NCBI GenBank assembly: GCA_951406725.2
Contig: OX597826.1
Location: 75,578,001 to 75,642,000 of the forward strand
Length of the DNA: 64,000 nt
Source: Octopus vulgaris
Lineage: Eukaryota
Direction: 5' to 3'
Below the pieces are notes generated by a model. The model saw nothing but the letters and a program-made list of their open reading frames with translations. It searched no databases and was not told the origin of the DNA. Below are positions 30,902 through 43,802 of this stretch, piece by piece. Both the position numbers and the translations under genes were made by a program. Each line of letters opens with the position of its first letter. Within the stretch, counting starts at the first letter, position 1.

Positions 30902-31381
30902 CTGTCAAGTAAAATGATTTGTAAACAATGATATAATCTGATATTGTTTTAGGATAGTTTTGCTAAAACGAGAAGCTAAATGCGAAGTGACACAATGTCA
31001 ATTTTGAATAGATAATAACAATAACGTAATACAGCTTAATATCAAGTAAGACAGAATTATGCAATCTGTAGACAAACGTGAAGCTATAATTATATATAGG
31101 CTGGGTTTATCATTTGCGAGTGCTGTAATATGTATACTGCCAAAATGATAGAGGAGTGTAAATCACATGTTTTCCTCATATTCTTTGCACATACGAATGT
31201 AGATGTATATAAGAGTATATATGTATGTTTATAAATTCGTATCATAAAACATCACAGTAAAATTCAATCGTCAGTAAACCATAATGCAGTGAACCATTAT
31301 GTTGCAAAATATATACATATATACGTTTATCAAAACTGCTTCCCACTCAGTCATACATGGAACCTCACATACGTACACAGT

Positions 31382-31418
<37 letters not shown>

Positions 31419-31849
31419 ACAATGACACATACGATGAGACATACACATACGCACACACACACACACACACACACGCACGCACAATAACACACACAATGGC
31501 ACATACACATACACACGCACGCACGCTCACACATACACACACATGCTGTAAGGAGAAACCAAAATAGTGATATCTGAAATAATTTAATACGTACGTTTCA
31601 GGTTTGAGTTATACAGAACAAGAAATGCATTCATTACGTAAACCTTTCTCAGTTAAAGCATTTCAAAATATGAAGAAATTTATTGAAATATTTCAATATA
31701 CTTGTGGTTTACAATATCACTAATTTAACTTCATTATTACAAGTTATATGACTCGATGCCATTTCGAATAACTCCGTAATATTCGGATTCTCAGGTCCCC
31801 AGCAGGCGCTACAGTGATAGTTAATTGAGTTATTTAATTTCACTGTAGT

Positions 31850-32396
31850 CTCATCGACTCCAAACAATCTTTATAAGAAGGTTTACATTTCCTAAATATC
31901 TTGTCATGTACACTTTCAAAGCTCCACTCTGCGGTCTCGATCACTTCCTTTGGGAGTATGGACAATTTCTGGAATGTAACTTTTCCAAAGGTAGCCCTTG
32001 GACTTGCAATGGATCCTTGATTCTGAAGCTCCCATCTCACGACTCGTTTGCCACACAGAATTTCCGGCAATACGTTTCTAGTATTCTCTTTTGCTTTGTG
32101 GAACTCATCGATTTCCGAAGTCTTTCAGAAGGTTTCTCGTGGACATTCTGACCAGTTCCATCTACTTCAAACTGGTCTCTAATTCGCATGAGGGTAAGTC
32201 ACATGGATGCATCTGTTTGAAATTCCCTCCTAAATAGTCTTTTCGCTTCAATTGCATTTTCAAACATCTAGTATCAATTTAACATGAGTTTGTGTTAGTG
32301 AAAACCTAGTCTGGCTCACTTCAATTACGAAATAAAACTTTAATTATCAGCTGCTAAATTGAATACACATCTATACGTATTTTGGGACATCCTGCA
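31850..32396 (-). mobile_element. Tc1/mariner-superfamily transposon relic
   Basis: TIR-like CAGGATGTCCCAAAA at 32394-32380; minus-strand remnants RIRDQFEVDGTGQNVH.. and YIPEIVH..DRDRRVE. Confidence 0.55.
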
Positions 32397-32441
32397 TATA
32401 TTTATTCAGACTGTCGTTGCAACCTGCAAAGGTATACTTAC

Positions 32442-32613
32442 TTCACTGCTATAATGAGAAGCAGAATATGTGGAATAGTTACAGCATACAATAGGTGTTG
32501 CCATTTACGAAGTAAAAATGCTACACCAGCGAGAAATGTTTCTCCGAGAGCGAAGGCTCCGTGAACAGCAAAATTCAAATGCATTCTGTAATCCTGAGAG
32601 ACACACTCTAGCA
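32442..32613 (-). CDS. SLC22 transporter exon 5 (172 nt)
   Basis: tttattgcag|TG CTA GAG..GTG AA|gtaagt; LECVSQDYRMHLNFAVHGAFALGETFLAGVAFLLRKWQHL. Confidence 0.93.
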
Positions 32614-33039
32614 CTGCAATAAAGAAAAATATTGTATTAATAATTTTTGATATTATTTGAGTGACTGTATTATATAGCATATAAAGAGTGATACAAATGT
32701 TAAACATCCCTTAAATTTCAAATTCTACCAATGTTACCTTAAAATATTATGCGGCCAATAAATTAAATGAGTCTGTGGGTTTTGGTAATGTAAAAAAAAA
32801 ATAATGAGTTATTTAGAATGAACTATATCCTTTTCTATACTAGGCACAGGGCCCCAAATTTTGAGGGAGGGGCCAGTCGATTAGATCGATCCCAGTATGC
32901 GTCTGGTACTTAATTTATCGATCCCGAAAGAATGAAAGGCAAAGTCGACCTCGGCGGAATTTGAACTCAAAACGTAAAGACAGACGAAATACCTATATCT
33001 TTACTACCCACAAGGGGCTAAACACAGAGGGGACAAACA

Positions 33040-33678
33040 GTGAGTCGCACTGAATCATAAAATCCCATAGGATCATTGCATTTCTATTTTCGACGATGCC
33101 TTCAGGTTTGTGGGCGTACCAATTTTTTGCTTTGTCAAGTCCATACTTGTTGCAAAGTGTCCAATGGACAAGTCTGGCTATATTGTCGTGGCGTTTCTTA
33201 TATTCCTTCTGGGCTAGTGACGTACATTGGCTGGTAATATGCCATACGGTTTCACCGTTTTGTCCACAAATTCTGCAGTTATCACTTTCTAATGTACTGT
33301 CTATTCTGCATTTTATGTAGTTTGTTCTTAGTGCTTGTTCTTGGGCAGCACAGATTAGCGCCTCCGTTTCCGGTTTTAAATCACTTTTAGTCCTCACAGC
33401 CATCTTTTTCCTCTGTCTGTCTTATCTTCAACATCTCTATGAAATTGTCCATGCACTCTTTTCTTTATCCACCTATTTTCAGTTTCATTCATTCTCAAAT
33501 GTTTGCACAGTGCTTTATCTTTGCAATCTTCCATGCTACACAAGCCTGACCTTCTTACTCCCAATAATTGTGGTTCTGTGGCATTTTTTACATACCATGC
33601 TATGTTGTTTTCTTCTGCTCTGACGCTGCGTTCGCATCCAAACAGTACTCTTCGCCCTTTTTTTCTTGATACATACAA

Positions 33679-33680
<2 letters not shown>
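33040..33680 (-). mobile_element. R4/Dong-like RLE LINE fragment
   Basis: LKPETEALICAAQEQALRT..CRICGQNGETVWHITSQC..RHD..ILWDF; abuts (TAA)n. Confidence 0.85.
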
Positions 33681-33748
<68 letters not shown>

Positions 33749-33749
33749 A

Positions 33750-36590
33750 AGAATAGTATAGGTTGTCCACATTTTCACATGGCCGGCTACACAGATCACA
33801 AGTTCGTTATATGTACGGTCGACCTAGATAGGCTTCCGGTGACTGGAAGCTGAACGCGTCGTTACCGACGTGCCAAGCTTACAGAGACCGGATTAGGGAA
33901 TTGTCAATAACAACTGGTGGTTTGCTCTTAAAAGGGTAATTAGAGCAGAATGCATTAGGGTTTAGTAAGGCTTTAGCGATAGAAAGAAATAGAATAGAGG
34001 GAGACTTAGTTAGAAAGTTAGATGAGGTACTTAGGAAAGGAATCGCAACCAACGTGTTGGCGGCGAGATTGGATCTCGACCAATACTTCGACGCCAAACA
34101 CAAAGGTTGTTTTGACAGAGTTAAGGCACATATTCTAAGCGGGGAGGGAACGAAAGCTGATCGATGGGCCTGAGGGACAGAGGTAAAACATAGCAACAAA
34201 GCCACCATTCGGTCTTTGATGAACCAAAATGGACGCGTGATGTTTGAACCGAAACAGATGTGTGCAGCCTTTCAGTAGCACTTTGCTCGACTGTTTGGGA
34301 CAAGTTGTAGGACGGATAGCACGGCAGACTTCGGTGTCTACCTGGACGGCCTGCCACGACTCTCAACGAGCGATAACAGCTGCGAAAATACAGGAGGCGA
34401 TGGAGGGTTAAATGAGAGGCATATCGCCGGGTTTGGATGGACTACCCTACGAGCTTTATATCTCAGTTCCAGACTTGTTTGGTGGCCTTTTAGCAGATAT
34501 ATATGGCAACTGGCAAAAGAGTGGGAGAATTTCCACTCCTGTTTTTCGAAGGGCGGTGGCACTCTTAAGAAAGGACCCGAACAAGAGCGAAGTAATAGAA
34601 AACGTCAGACCTATCACTCTGCTTGTCGTGGACAAGCTGATTTGCGATACGCAAGTATGCACCATACTAAGCAGGGCTATCCATAACGACCTCTACCGTA
34701 TAGAGAGGGTGGGTAACGAAGCTGGCATGAGTGGGGTTCTGATCATTTTAGATCAGTCTAATGCCTTCGGTAGGGTCGACCACCAATACTTGGCGGTTGG
34801 TCTCGCGGCAGCCGGTTTCAGTACAGTTTTCCGCGGTTGGATTGCTGCTTTTCACAGCGGCATCTGCTCAATAGTTCGGGTGAATAGTCACCTATCAGAA
34901 CCATTCGACATTTTGCGCTCGGTCCGGCAAGGGTGCCCTCTCTCCTCTCTTCTGTATGTACTGGCTCTTGAGCCACTGCTGCGGAAGCTGGAGGCATTGA
35001 GGGCCATCTTACGTGATCTAGGACATGGGAGAAGCGTGTCTGCTTATACCAATGATATCACCGTCATAGTGTCGATCCACAGGCATATAAACCTGATAGG
35101 CGCGACACTAAAAGAATTTGAAGCGGTGTCAGGAGCAAAAATTAACACAGTAAAATCAGTGGACTTGCAACTTGTCACCTGGAAAGGCAAGTCCATGCCG
35201 TCCAACAGCGTCGTGGAGTGCCGGACAGATGATCCGGTTAAATTGCTTGGGGTCTGCTTCGGTCCGGACCTCCAGATGGAGAAAACCTGGGACGAGATGA
35301 CGAACTTGGTGTCCAAACTCACTTGGCCAATTCCTCAATGCTAAGCATGAAAGTTGTGTTGTCAGAATTAGGGCGCGTGCTCTAAAATATGAGGCAGCGA
35401 AGGTCGTTCGATGGGCTCGGGTGTCTGAGGCTCAACATGGAAACAAAACCACAATTCGGTATTTGATGTTGCGGAACGGGAGTATGACAGACAAGTTCAA
35501 GCAGATGTGTGCAGGATTTCGGCAGTACTTTACTGAACTGTACGGGTTGCGTGGCGGCACGGAGACGAAGTTAGATTTCACCTTTTATCTCGACGGCCTG
35601 CCGCGGCTCTCGGTCAGGAATGCTGAGTTCTGCGAAATGCCGACAACAGCGGAAGATATTCGTGAGGCGATGTCTAGCTGCACAAGGGATAGGTCGCTGG
35701 GTTTGGATGGTCTGCCCTTCCAGCTTTATATGCATATGCCAGACTTGTTCGGTGAGCTTTTGGTAGATGTCTACCACAACTGACAGAAAAAATTCCCAGA
35801 TTTGTGAGCCGAGGTGTAGTGACGCTACTGAAAAAAGGATCCGAACAAGTGGAACGTAGTTGATAACTTTAGGCCTGTAACTCTGCTAAATACAGATTAC
35901 AAAATGTTGGCCAAGTTGTTAGCAAAGAGGTTGGAGCTTGTCGTTGACAGACTGGTGGGTGATGTGCAGACTTAACCTATCCCCAAAATATCTGTCCACG
36001 ACTATCTCCACCTCACATCATAGAGAAGGTAAAGAACCTGTCATCAATCGAAAGCTTTTGATAGGGTCGACTGTCCTTCAGGTGGCTGGTTTCGATCCCG
36101 TTTTCAGAGGCTGGATCGCTGTAATCTACAGCGACATCTGTTTGGTGATCAAAGTAAATGGCCAGCTGTCGGAATCGTTTAGCATCGCACGTTTGGCCCG
36201 ACAAGGATGCCCACTCTTACCCCTTCTCTACGTAATGGCACTCGAGCCATTACTCCAGAAGTTGGATTTTCGAGGGACATCCCGCGTGAACTAGAATGCG
36301 GAGGGTTCGGGTCAGCGTATGCGGAGGACGTCACCGTGATAGTGTCGGGCATCTTGGAAATCGAGCTGGTCCGTACTACCCTAAGGGAATACGAAGCGGT
36401 GACAGGAGTAACGATTAACCAGGAAAGGTGTCCCCGAGGGCGAGGGAAAAGCTGTCCCCGAAGAGTCGGGTGGAGGTGAAAAATGCGTGCATTGCGTCCG
36501 TCATCTATTGCCGCCTGACGTTGTTCCTTATCCTACTTCGTGGTTGATTAAACTGGAGCGCTTGCTCTTCCACATTCTGTGGAAAGGACA
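33750..36590 (+). mobile_element. Tx1/L1-like LINE, two degenerate head-to-tail RT segments
   Basis: Copy 1: SPGLDGLPYELY, LDQSNAFGRVDH, VRQGCPLS, AYTND. Copy 2: SLGLDGLPFQLY, NFRPVTLLNTDYK, RQGCPLLPLLY, AYAEDV. Confidence 0.8.
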
Positions 36591-37690
36591 GTTTCGGTTT
36601 CGGCTTTTAGTCCAGAACTTTTGAGCCATTGTTGGCTTTTACTTAGGTTCACTTCCTCTCTATCAAGCCTTACAGTGTACTCGCCATGAAGTGATTTCTC
36701 TCTCCATTTCTCCTTCAGTATCATTTGTAATTCAGTTTTCATGTTTTTCGTCTCTCAGACCATTTCTGCTATGTTGTCATCTGATGTCAATGTATCAGTG
36801 TAGTTTGCTTCTGTTTTCTATTTTGTCGCTTCCTTGTGTATAGAGAAAAGCATTTTCTTCATCTCATGTTGCTTCACTACAAGCAGTAGTCTTCCACTCT
36901 TTGTTTCTAAAGTACTTTGCTAGTCAAACTGTGGTTATTTTAAAGTAGTTTTCTCTCTGTACCAGGTCATTGGTTCCTTCTGAGCGGGATAGATATATTC
37001 TGTTTGCATCTGCTTTGGGGTTGTCACTTCGCCACGTTGTTAGTATTTTCTGTTTTTTCTATCAAGGTTTCTCAATTCCCTGATCTTCCAGTTTATTATG
37101 TTTAAAGTTGAAATTTATGACTGGTATGGCATTTTTTTTGGCATTAAGCTCAGTGTTTAATATTAGTCTAACTCTCCTGTAATACTCTCTCCTAATTTCT
37201 TTTTTTATTTCTGTGCGTTATACTTTAGCTGTTTCTTCTATTAGTAAATATTTGCTAGGGCGGCTGTAGTCTAATTCTCTACTTTCTGTGTCAATGTCCT
37301 CAATGCTAGCTGTACTGTTATGGTGGGGTGCCATTTGGCTTGTTGTTTTGTACTTCAACATTCGTCTTTCTGTGTTTGTTGTTGATATAGCTGTACTGTC
37401 CTATTTATTTCTGGGTCGGGTAGCTGTGTGGAAATTTCATTTTGGGTTCGCCTTTTATTTACTGTTTGCAGTTTTATCTCTCAAGTGTTCCCTCCTTTCT
37501 CTTATGGCGTCTTATGTCTGGTGATGATTGCAACCCAATGTTTTGATTCAAGAAGTGTTTTGTTTTATTTTCCCAGAGTATTTTATCTATTAGTTTGTCC
37601 TTTGCAGTTTGGGACATTTTCCCTCCCGCGGGATATATCGCAAGACTTTCGTAAGCGTATTCTCCGAGACATTAACCCTTTTTATCAGCA
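36590..37690 (-). mobile_element. R4/Dong-like LINE fragment
   Basis: WREKSLHGEY..SQQWLKSSGLKAETE and EIRREYYRRVRLILNTEL; abuts (TTC)n/(TTA)n. Confidence 0.75.
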
Positions 37691-37693
37691 TTT

Positions 37694-37711
37694 CTTCTTC
37701 TTCTTCTTCTT

Positions 37712-37780
<69 letters not shown>

Positions 37781-37888
37781 GTTGTTGTTATTATCATTAT
37801 CATTATTATTATTATGATCATTATTATTACTATTATCATCATTATCATTATTATTATCATCATTATCAACAATTATTATTCATTGCTA

Positions 37889-37983
<95 letters not shown>

Positions 37984-37991
37984 CATTATTA

Positions 37992-38022
<31 letters not shown>

Positions 38023-38072
38023 TATTATTATTATCATTAACATTATTATTATTATTATCATTATTATTATTA

Positions 38073-38133
<61 letters not shown>

Positions 38134-38142
38134 CATCATTAT
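37694..38142. repeat. (TTC)n-(TTA/TCA)n microsatellite block
   Basis: Directly visible. Confidence 0.95.
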
Positions 38143-38374
38143 TATTTGGAGTGTATTCTCTTGCTATCATGTCCTTTCCGGGTATATTATCAGTGTATAA
38201 TGCATTTAGCATTTCGATGTACTCATTACATGTATCGCTATTCTCTCTCTATCTATTATTATTATTATTATCATTATCATTATTATTCTATGTTTGACTT
38301 TTGCTTTACATTTGCACAAGCTGGCTCCAAGTTTCACCCAGAGACCTCAAGAGACAAGTTGGAAGTTTATGCTG

Positions 38375-38411
<37 letters not shown>

Positions 38412-38670
38412 GCACGCTGGGCGAAATGCTTAGCGGTACTTCGTCTGCCGCTACATTCTGAGTTTAAACACTGTATCTTCTTCGTTGTACGAAATGCACG
38501 GATACCTATGTGTATCATATAAACATTACATTTATGTGTATTTGTGTAGAAATGAGACTGCATATAATCGACTATTATTTCTACTCGCAGTCTATTTGTT
38601 TTTTTGTAACTGTAGCGATATCGCATTTTCGCGTATTGCTTCCATTCTTGTATAGGCAAATCGCATCTCC

Positions 38671-38732
<62 letters not shown>

Positions 38733-38863
38733 GTTTAACTATGCCTTTCATCCTTTCGGGGTTGATAAATAAAGTACCAGTGAAACACTGGGGTCGATGT
38801 AATCGACTAGTCCCTCTCCCCCAAAATTTCAGGCCTTGTGCCTATAGTAGATACATTAAAAAA

Positions 38864-38919
<56 letters not shown>

Positions 38920-38953
38920 CATCATTATTGCCGAGTGTCTTATTATTATTATT

Positions 38954-39423
38954 ATTGAGTGAGAGAGCAGTTCATGCCATCAAAGTGACACTGGGGTAAA
39001 ATATACGAAGCCCAATATACCCATCATGACTACCCGCTGATAAGGGTACACCAGGCACATGCATCACAACCATATGTGCGCGACATGGTGATCTCATATC
39101 AAGATAAACAGCACATGACCTTGCAGGTGGGGCCCAGTTAGAATTTTTTTCAGGTTGAGTAGCCCATCCCGCTCAAAAGGGTTGTTTAAGGATGTTGAAA
39201 GAACCACCCATGTTTCTAGAGGTGAATTATTCAAACCCCAAAGAATCCCTCTCAACACACGGCTATGATGCTCCCCCACTACTTCTACTCGTGATCAGAG
39301 ATGCACATATCGTCAGCCACTAAGGGACATGTTCAACTGGTTACGGTCAAACAACTGACAAGCAAATCTGTGGTATTGAGCAGAATATTTGCTGTAGCCC
39401 ATCTTTGATACCAAGACAAAACA
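38954..39423 (-). mobile_element. Non-coding ~470-bp element inserted in (TAA)n, possible Dong/R4-mobilised non-autonomous element
   Basis: GC-balanced non-coding block with sharp edges and (TTA)n on both sides. The family assignment is inference. Confidence 0.45.
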
Positions 39424-39474
<51 letters not shown>

Positions 39475-39713
39475 GCTGTTGCTGTTGTTGTGGTTAACGA
39501 GACCTTATACTCGAAAAGTAATTATCATGGGTTTCACGTTTTCAAGAGAAAAATGGAGTAAGATGTGTAATATGTTGCGTATCAGATGATACAAAAGAAC
39601 TGAAGGAACGTTGAGTGTTATGTAGGAAATAGTTTAGAGCCTCTGTTGGTTGATCGTGTGGAGCGAACTGTTGAAATGAAAAGTTTGCGTATGAAAAATT
39701 CAAAAGTACTTAC

Positions 39714-39868
39714 AGATAGTGTATATGTTTATATAACAACCTGCATATCCGAATCCTTCAAGGAAATACAAAAGGATGAACACGCCATAATTTGGTGAGT
39801 GTATTTTGGCAAAACAGCAACATATGAAAAGAATATCCGCAGCACAAAACATCTTGAATCGGCCAAAT
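39714..39868 (-). CDS. SLC22 transporter exon 4 (155 nt)
   Basis: cttttgatag|A TTT GGC CGA..ATC T|gtaagt; FGRFKMFCAADILFICCCFAKIHSPNYGVFILLYFLEGFGYAGCYINIYTI. Confidence 0.93.
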
Positions 39869-40051
39869 CTATCAAAAGTACAACCATTGAGATTAAATGA
39901 TTGTTTCAATCTTTGTAGAATCGTTTCATATTCCTACCTATTACAGCAATGACCGTGGTCGATATCATAAGACAGATCTAATTCTGAGTAAATTCAAACG
40001 TCTAATTAAACACACTGGAGACATCATTATATAAGAAAGATTCGTTTTGTT

Positions 40052-40412
40052 TGTTGCTGTATTTCGGAATGGTCATGTTGCCAGTTTAGCCAATAAAAAC
40101 ACACGCACTATATATTTGGTGTTAATTTGCTTCAGCTTTATTTTTTACATTAATCTTGTGCAAATAAAGACACATACAATAGGAATATAAAATACAAAAT
40201 AGCTGACCGATAGTAAGGAGAGACACACAAATAAGAAATAAGAAAGCAAAGGACCACTGATGAGATCACAGAAGTGTGACGAAAGAACTCTGGCCGAAAT
40301 AAGATTAAGATTAATGTAAAAAATAAAGCTGAAGCAAATTAACACCAAATATATAGTGCGTGTGTTTTTATTGGCTGAACTGGCAAAATGACCATTCCTA
40401 AATACAACAACA
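40052..40412 (+). mobile_element. Fold-back element (106-bp inverted arms) enclosing a hammerhead motif
   Basis: Arms at 40052-40157 and 40307-40412; hammerhead at 40251-40295. Confidence 0.8.
40251..40295 (+). ncRNA. Minimal type I hammerhead ribozyme candidate
   Basis: GG(A)CCA-CTGATGA-GATCAC agaagt GTGAC-GAAA-GAAC-TC-TGGCC: intact CUGAUGA and GAAA core, stem I, stem II, CUC cleavage triplet. Confidence 0.7.
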
Positions 40413-40773
40413 TCTGTTTCAACACACGGTTTCACATCAAGAATCATGCAAAACAAATCTATTTGTTTGTTTTATGGAGAGAAGTAAACTTTAGTGACGC
40501 ATTAAAAACTGTTGTTGCAGATTTTCATTATCACGTAAACACCTGGACGGTGAATATAAAGCAGCGACTGACCGGACGTTGGTAGGTCTGAACACTCCAA
40601 GCACCGGGGATTGAGTACGAAACGGTTTTCTTTCCCGTTTGCTTCGACAGTCATGTTTAAACGACTGGATTATATGACTGGAGATTATCTAAACGTTAGA
40701 GAGAAAACAAAGAAAATAAATCTCCTTTGGTATTTGGCAAGAGTTTAATGACACTCTTGTCCCAGTGATCTCT

Positions 40774-40888
40774 GTGGGAGGGGCTTTCTTGGTCGGATTG
40801 GCCTCACCAGCCACCTCCGGTCTCATAGCAGCAATTCCACCAAATGATGTCAATAGTCATCTTCGAACCCGAAGGACGAACATTATTA
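40774..40888 (+). mobile_element. Extremely 5'-truncated RTE LINE with 29-bp TSD
   Basis: Encodes GRGFLGRIGLTSHLRSH (RTE C-terminal zinc-finger end) and has an (ATT)n tail. The TSD TTAATGACACTCTTGTCCCAGTGATCTCT lies at 40745-40773 and 40889-40917. Confidence 0.85.
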
Positions 40889-41171
40889 TTAATGACACTC
40901 TTGTCCCAGTGATCTCTTTATCTATATCTATATTATCTGTCTCTCTCTCTCTCTTTCTTTTTATCCCACCCCCTCTATCTATATCTATATAAATAAACAT
41001 ATATATGTACGTATATATATATAAACACACACACACACACACACACACACATTATTATACTAAATTTATAAGAATGTTACATTTATAATAATATTAACTA
41101 CAAGATTTTTATTTCACGCTGACCACTTGATAAACTCATTAAAGTAATTTTATCTTTAATTCTATATACAG

Positions 41172-41219
<48 letters not shown>

Positions 41220-41222
<3 letters not shown>

Positions 41223-41385
41223 CGCAGGAGTGGCTGTGTGGTAAGTAGTTTGTTTACCAACCACATGGTTCCGGGTTCTGTTTCACTGCGTGGCACCTTG
41301 GGCAAGTGTCTTCTACTATAGCCTAGGGCCAACCAAAGCCTTGTGAGTGGATTTGGTAGACGGAAACTGAAAGAAGCCCGTCGTA

Positions 41386-41443
<58 letters not shown>

Positions 41444-41650
41444 TGTGTGTGTTTGTGTGTCTGTGTTTGCCCTCCTAGCATTGCTTGACAACCGATGCTG
41501 GTGTGTTTATGTCCCCGTTACTTAGCGTATCGGCAAAAGAGACCGATAGAATAAGTACTGGGCTTACAAAAGAATAAGTCGATTTAAGGTGGTGCTCCAG
41601 CATGGCCGCAGTCAAATGACTGAAACAAGTAAAAGAGAGCAAAAGAGAGA
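41220..41650 (+). mobile_element. SINE family B, full length
   Basis: GGCGCAGGAGTGGCTGTGTGGTAAG (A box)..GGGTTC..CACTGCGTGGCAC. Further copies at ~51285-51720(-), 52065-52500(-), 53929-54380(+), 62380-62812(-) and 63807-64000(+). Confidence 0.88.
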
Positions 41651-41713
41651 ATATATATATACAGGTGTACTTGCATAGCAAGTGACTTGATCTGAGATCG
41701 TGTGCTGAAACAA

Positions 41714-42002
41714 AAACAATTGCAGCATGGAAAGTGTTTATAAGCCATTTAAAAAACACAGCAGTAAACCATTAGATTCGCTTCAACATTTAAATTTAAT
41801 TTGTGTCAAAATATATTCGTCACTCTGAAACCGCGACCTGTTCACTGCAGCACGATTTTTTTGTCAGTGAAGAGGTCGCGGTTTTTAAAAGCAACGAAAA
41901 TATATTGACAGAAATTCAATTTAAATGTTGAAGTGAATCTAACAGTTCTTTGTGTGTATGTTTTTAAATGGCTTATAAGCACCTTCCACGCTGCAATTGT
42001 TT
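41714..42002. repeat. ~290-bp palindrome made of two inverted hammerhead-variant-bearing arms
   Basis: Arms at 41714-41847 and 41865-42002. Confidence 0.85.
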
Positions 42003-42023
42003 ATATATAATAATAATAATATA

Positions 42024-42161
<138 letters not shown>

Positions 42162-42952
42162 GCTTATTAACCCGGAACTACTAAGCCAATATGATGAAAA
42201 ATGGAGCTGACCCAAAATGCCGATTCTGTAACGATGATATTGAAACAATAGACCACCTAATCTCAGGGTGTACAGTCTTAGCACCTGCAGAATATAAAGC
42301 AAGACATGACAGAGTCGGCCAGTATTTACATTGGACAATATGTCGGCATTATAAAATCAAAACCGCTGACAAATGGTATAAACATCGTCCTGAAGCTGTG
42401 ACTGAGGGAGAAAATGTGTCGATTCTATGGGACTTCCCCGTGCAGACCGACAAGACTATAAAAGCTAATAAACCAGATATTATTATAAAAGATCAGACAA
42501 AAAGGATGTGTTTATTAATTGACATGAGTATTCCCTCTGATCACAATACAGCGGCGAAATAATTTGACAAGATTAGTAAATATAAAGACCTGCTAATAGA
42601 AATTGAAAAATGTGGCATCTCAAGGCGACTACAGTACCAGTGATTGTGGGATCTCTAGGAATGATAAAAAAAGGTACTGAAACCTATTTGAAAATGATTC
42701 CAGGTTTACCATCCCTACAGGAAGTGCAAAAAATCGTATTAACTGGAACGGCTCATGTACTGAGAAGAGCATTATCGCTGTGAAAAAAACATCCATCCAT
42801 GAATTTATTTATTTGTTAATTTTTAAATACATATTTTATCTGTGAATTTGCCCGTGTAATCTGGGAATGCATACAATGCCCTTCTCTGCCCTAGGTGTAT
42901 GGAAAACACTCGGCGAGAAACGGAAGAAAATTTGAAGAAAGAAGGAAAAAAC

Positions 42953-42953
<1 letters not shown>
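42162..42953 (+). mobile_element. R4/Dong-like LINE 3' end (CCHC + restriction-like endonuclease + 3' UTR)
   Basis: CRFCNDDIETIDHLISGC, RHD, ILWDF, KPDIII, LIDMSIP; (TAA)n on both sides. Confidence 0.9.
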
Positions 42954-43025
<72 letters not shown>

Positions 43026-43029
43026 TAAT

Positions 43030-43585
43030 AATGACTAACGTCAACCATGACCAGCAGAATGTCGCTAACGTTAACCTTGACCTGCAGAATGTCATAAAAG
43101 AGTTAGACCCAGCGGAGAGCTACAAGTACCTAGGGGTAATTGAAGGGGGCGAAATAAGGCATTCAGTGATGAAGGAAAGGATCAGGAGAGAATATTATCG
43201 CAGAGTAAGAGCAATACTCAAGACAGAGCTGAATGCGAGAAACAGGATCGAAGCGATCAATGCATTAGCCATACCAGTCGTGACTTACAGTTTCAATATC
43301 GTTAACTGGTCAATTACTGAAATATGTAATCTTGACAGAAAAATAGGAAAACTGCACCACCCTAAGGTAGATATAGAACGACTTTATCTGCCAAGAAAAG
43401 AGGGAGGCCGTGGACTTTTACAACTGGCAATAACAATGAAGATTGCTACAATTGGCCTAGGCACCTACCTGAAAAAGTCTGAGGACTGGATGTTAAAACT
43501 TGTCTCAAAACATAAAAAACAAGAAAGCATCATACTCAGTAACAAAACAGGCAAAGGAATATCTAAGTGAATTCCGAATACAAAA
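43030..43585 (+). mobile_element. R4/Dong-like LINE RT C-terminal fragment
   Basis: YKYLGVIE..EYYRRVRAILKTELNARN..AIPVVTYSF..RLYLPRKEGGRGL; (TAA)n on the 5' side. Confidence 0.88.
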
Positions 43586-43621
43586 GTGACTTTTTAATTC
43601 TCTGCTTATTTCATCATGTTC

Positions 43622-43657
43622 CTTTCTGTTGAAGAGCGTAGGCTCGAAACGTCAAAG
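43622..43657 (+). ncRNA. Minimal hammerhead variant (A6U) in a PLE pLTR fragment
   Basis: CTTT-CTGTTGA-A-GAGC gtag GCTC-GAAA-C-GTC-AAAG; same family as the PLE end at 5117-5150. Confidence 0.6.
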
Positions 43658-43744
43658 ACTTTCTCACCTTCCCGAGCGTCTAAACTGATATACCCGTTTG
43701 TTGTTTATACACCTGTCTTCGTCTTTTGTTTTTCTGTAACTTTC

Positions 43745-43802
<58 letters not shown>

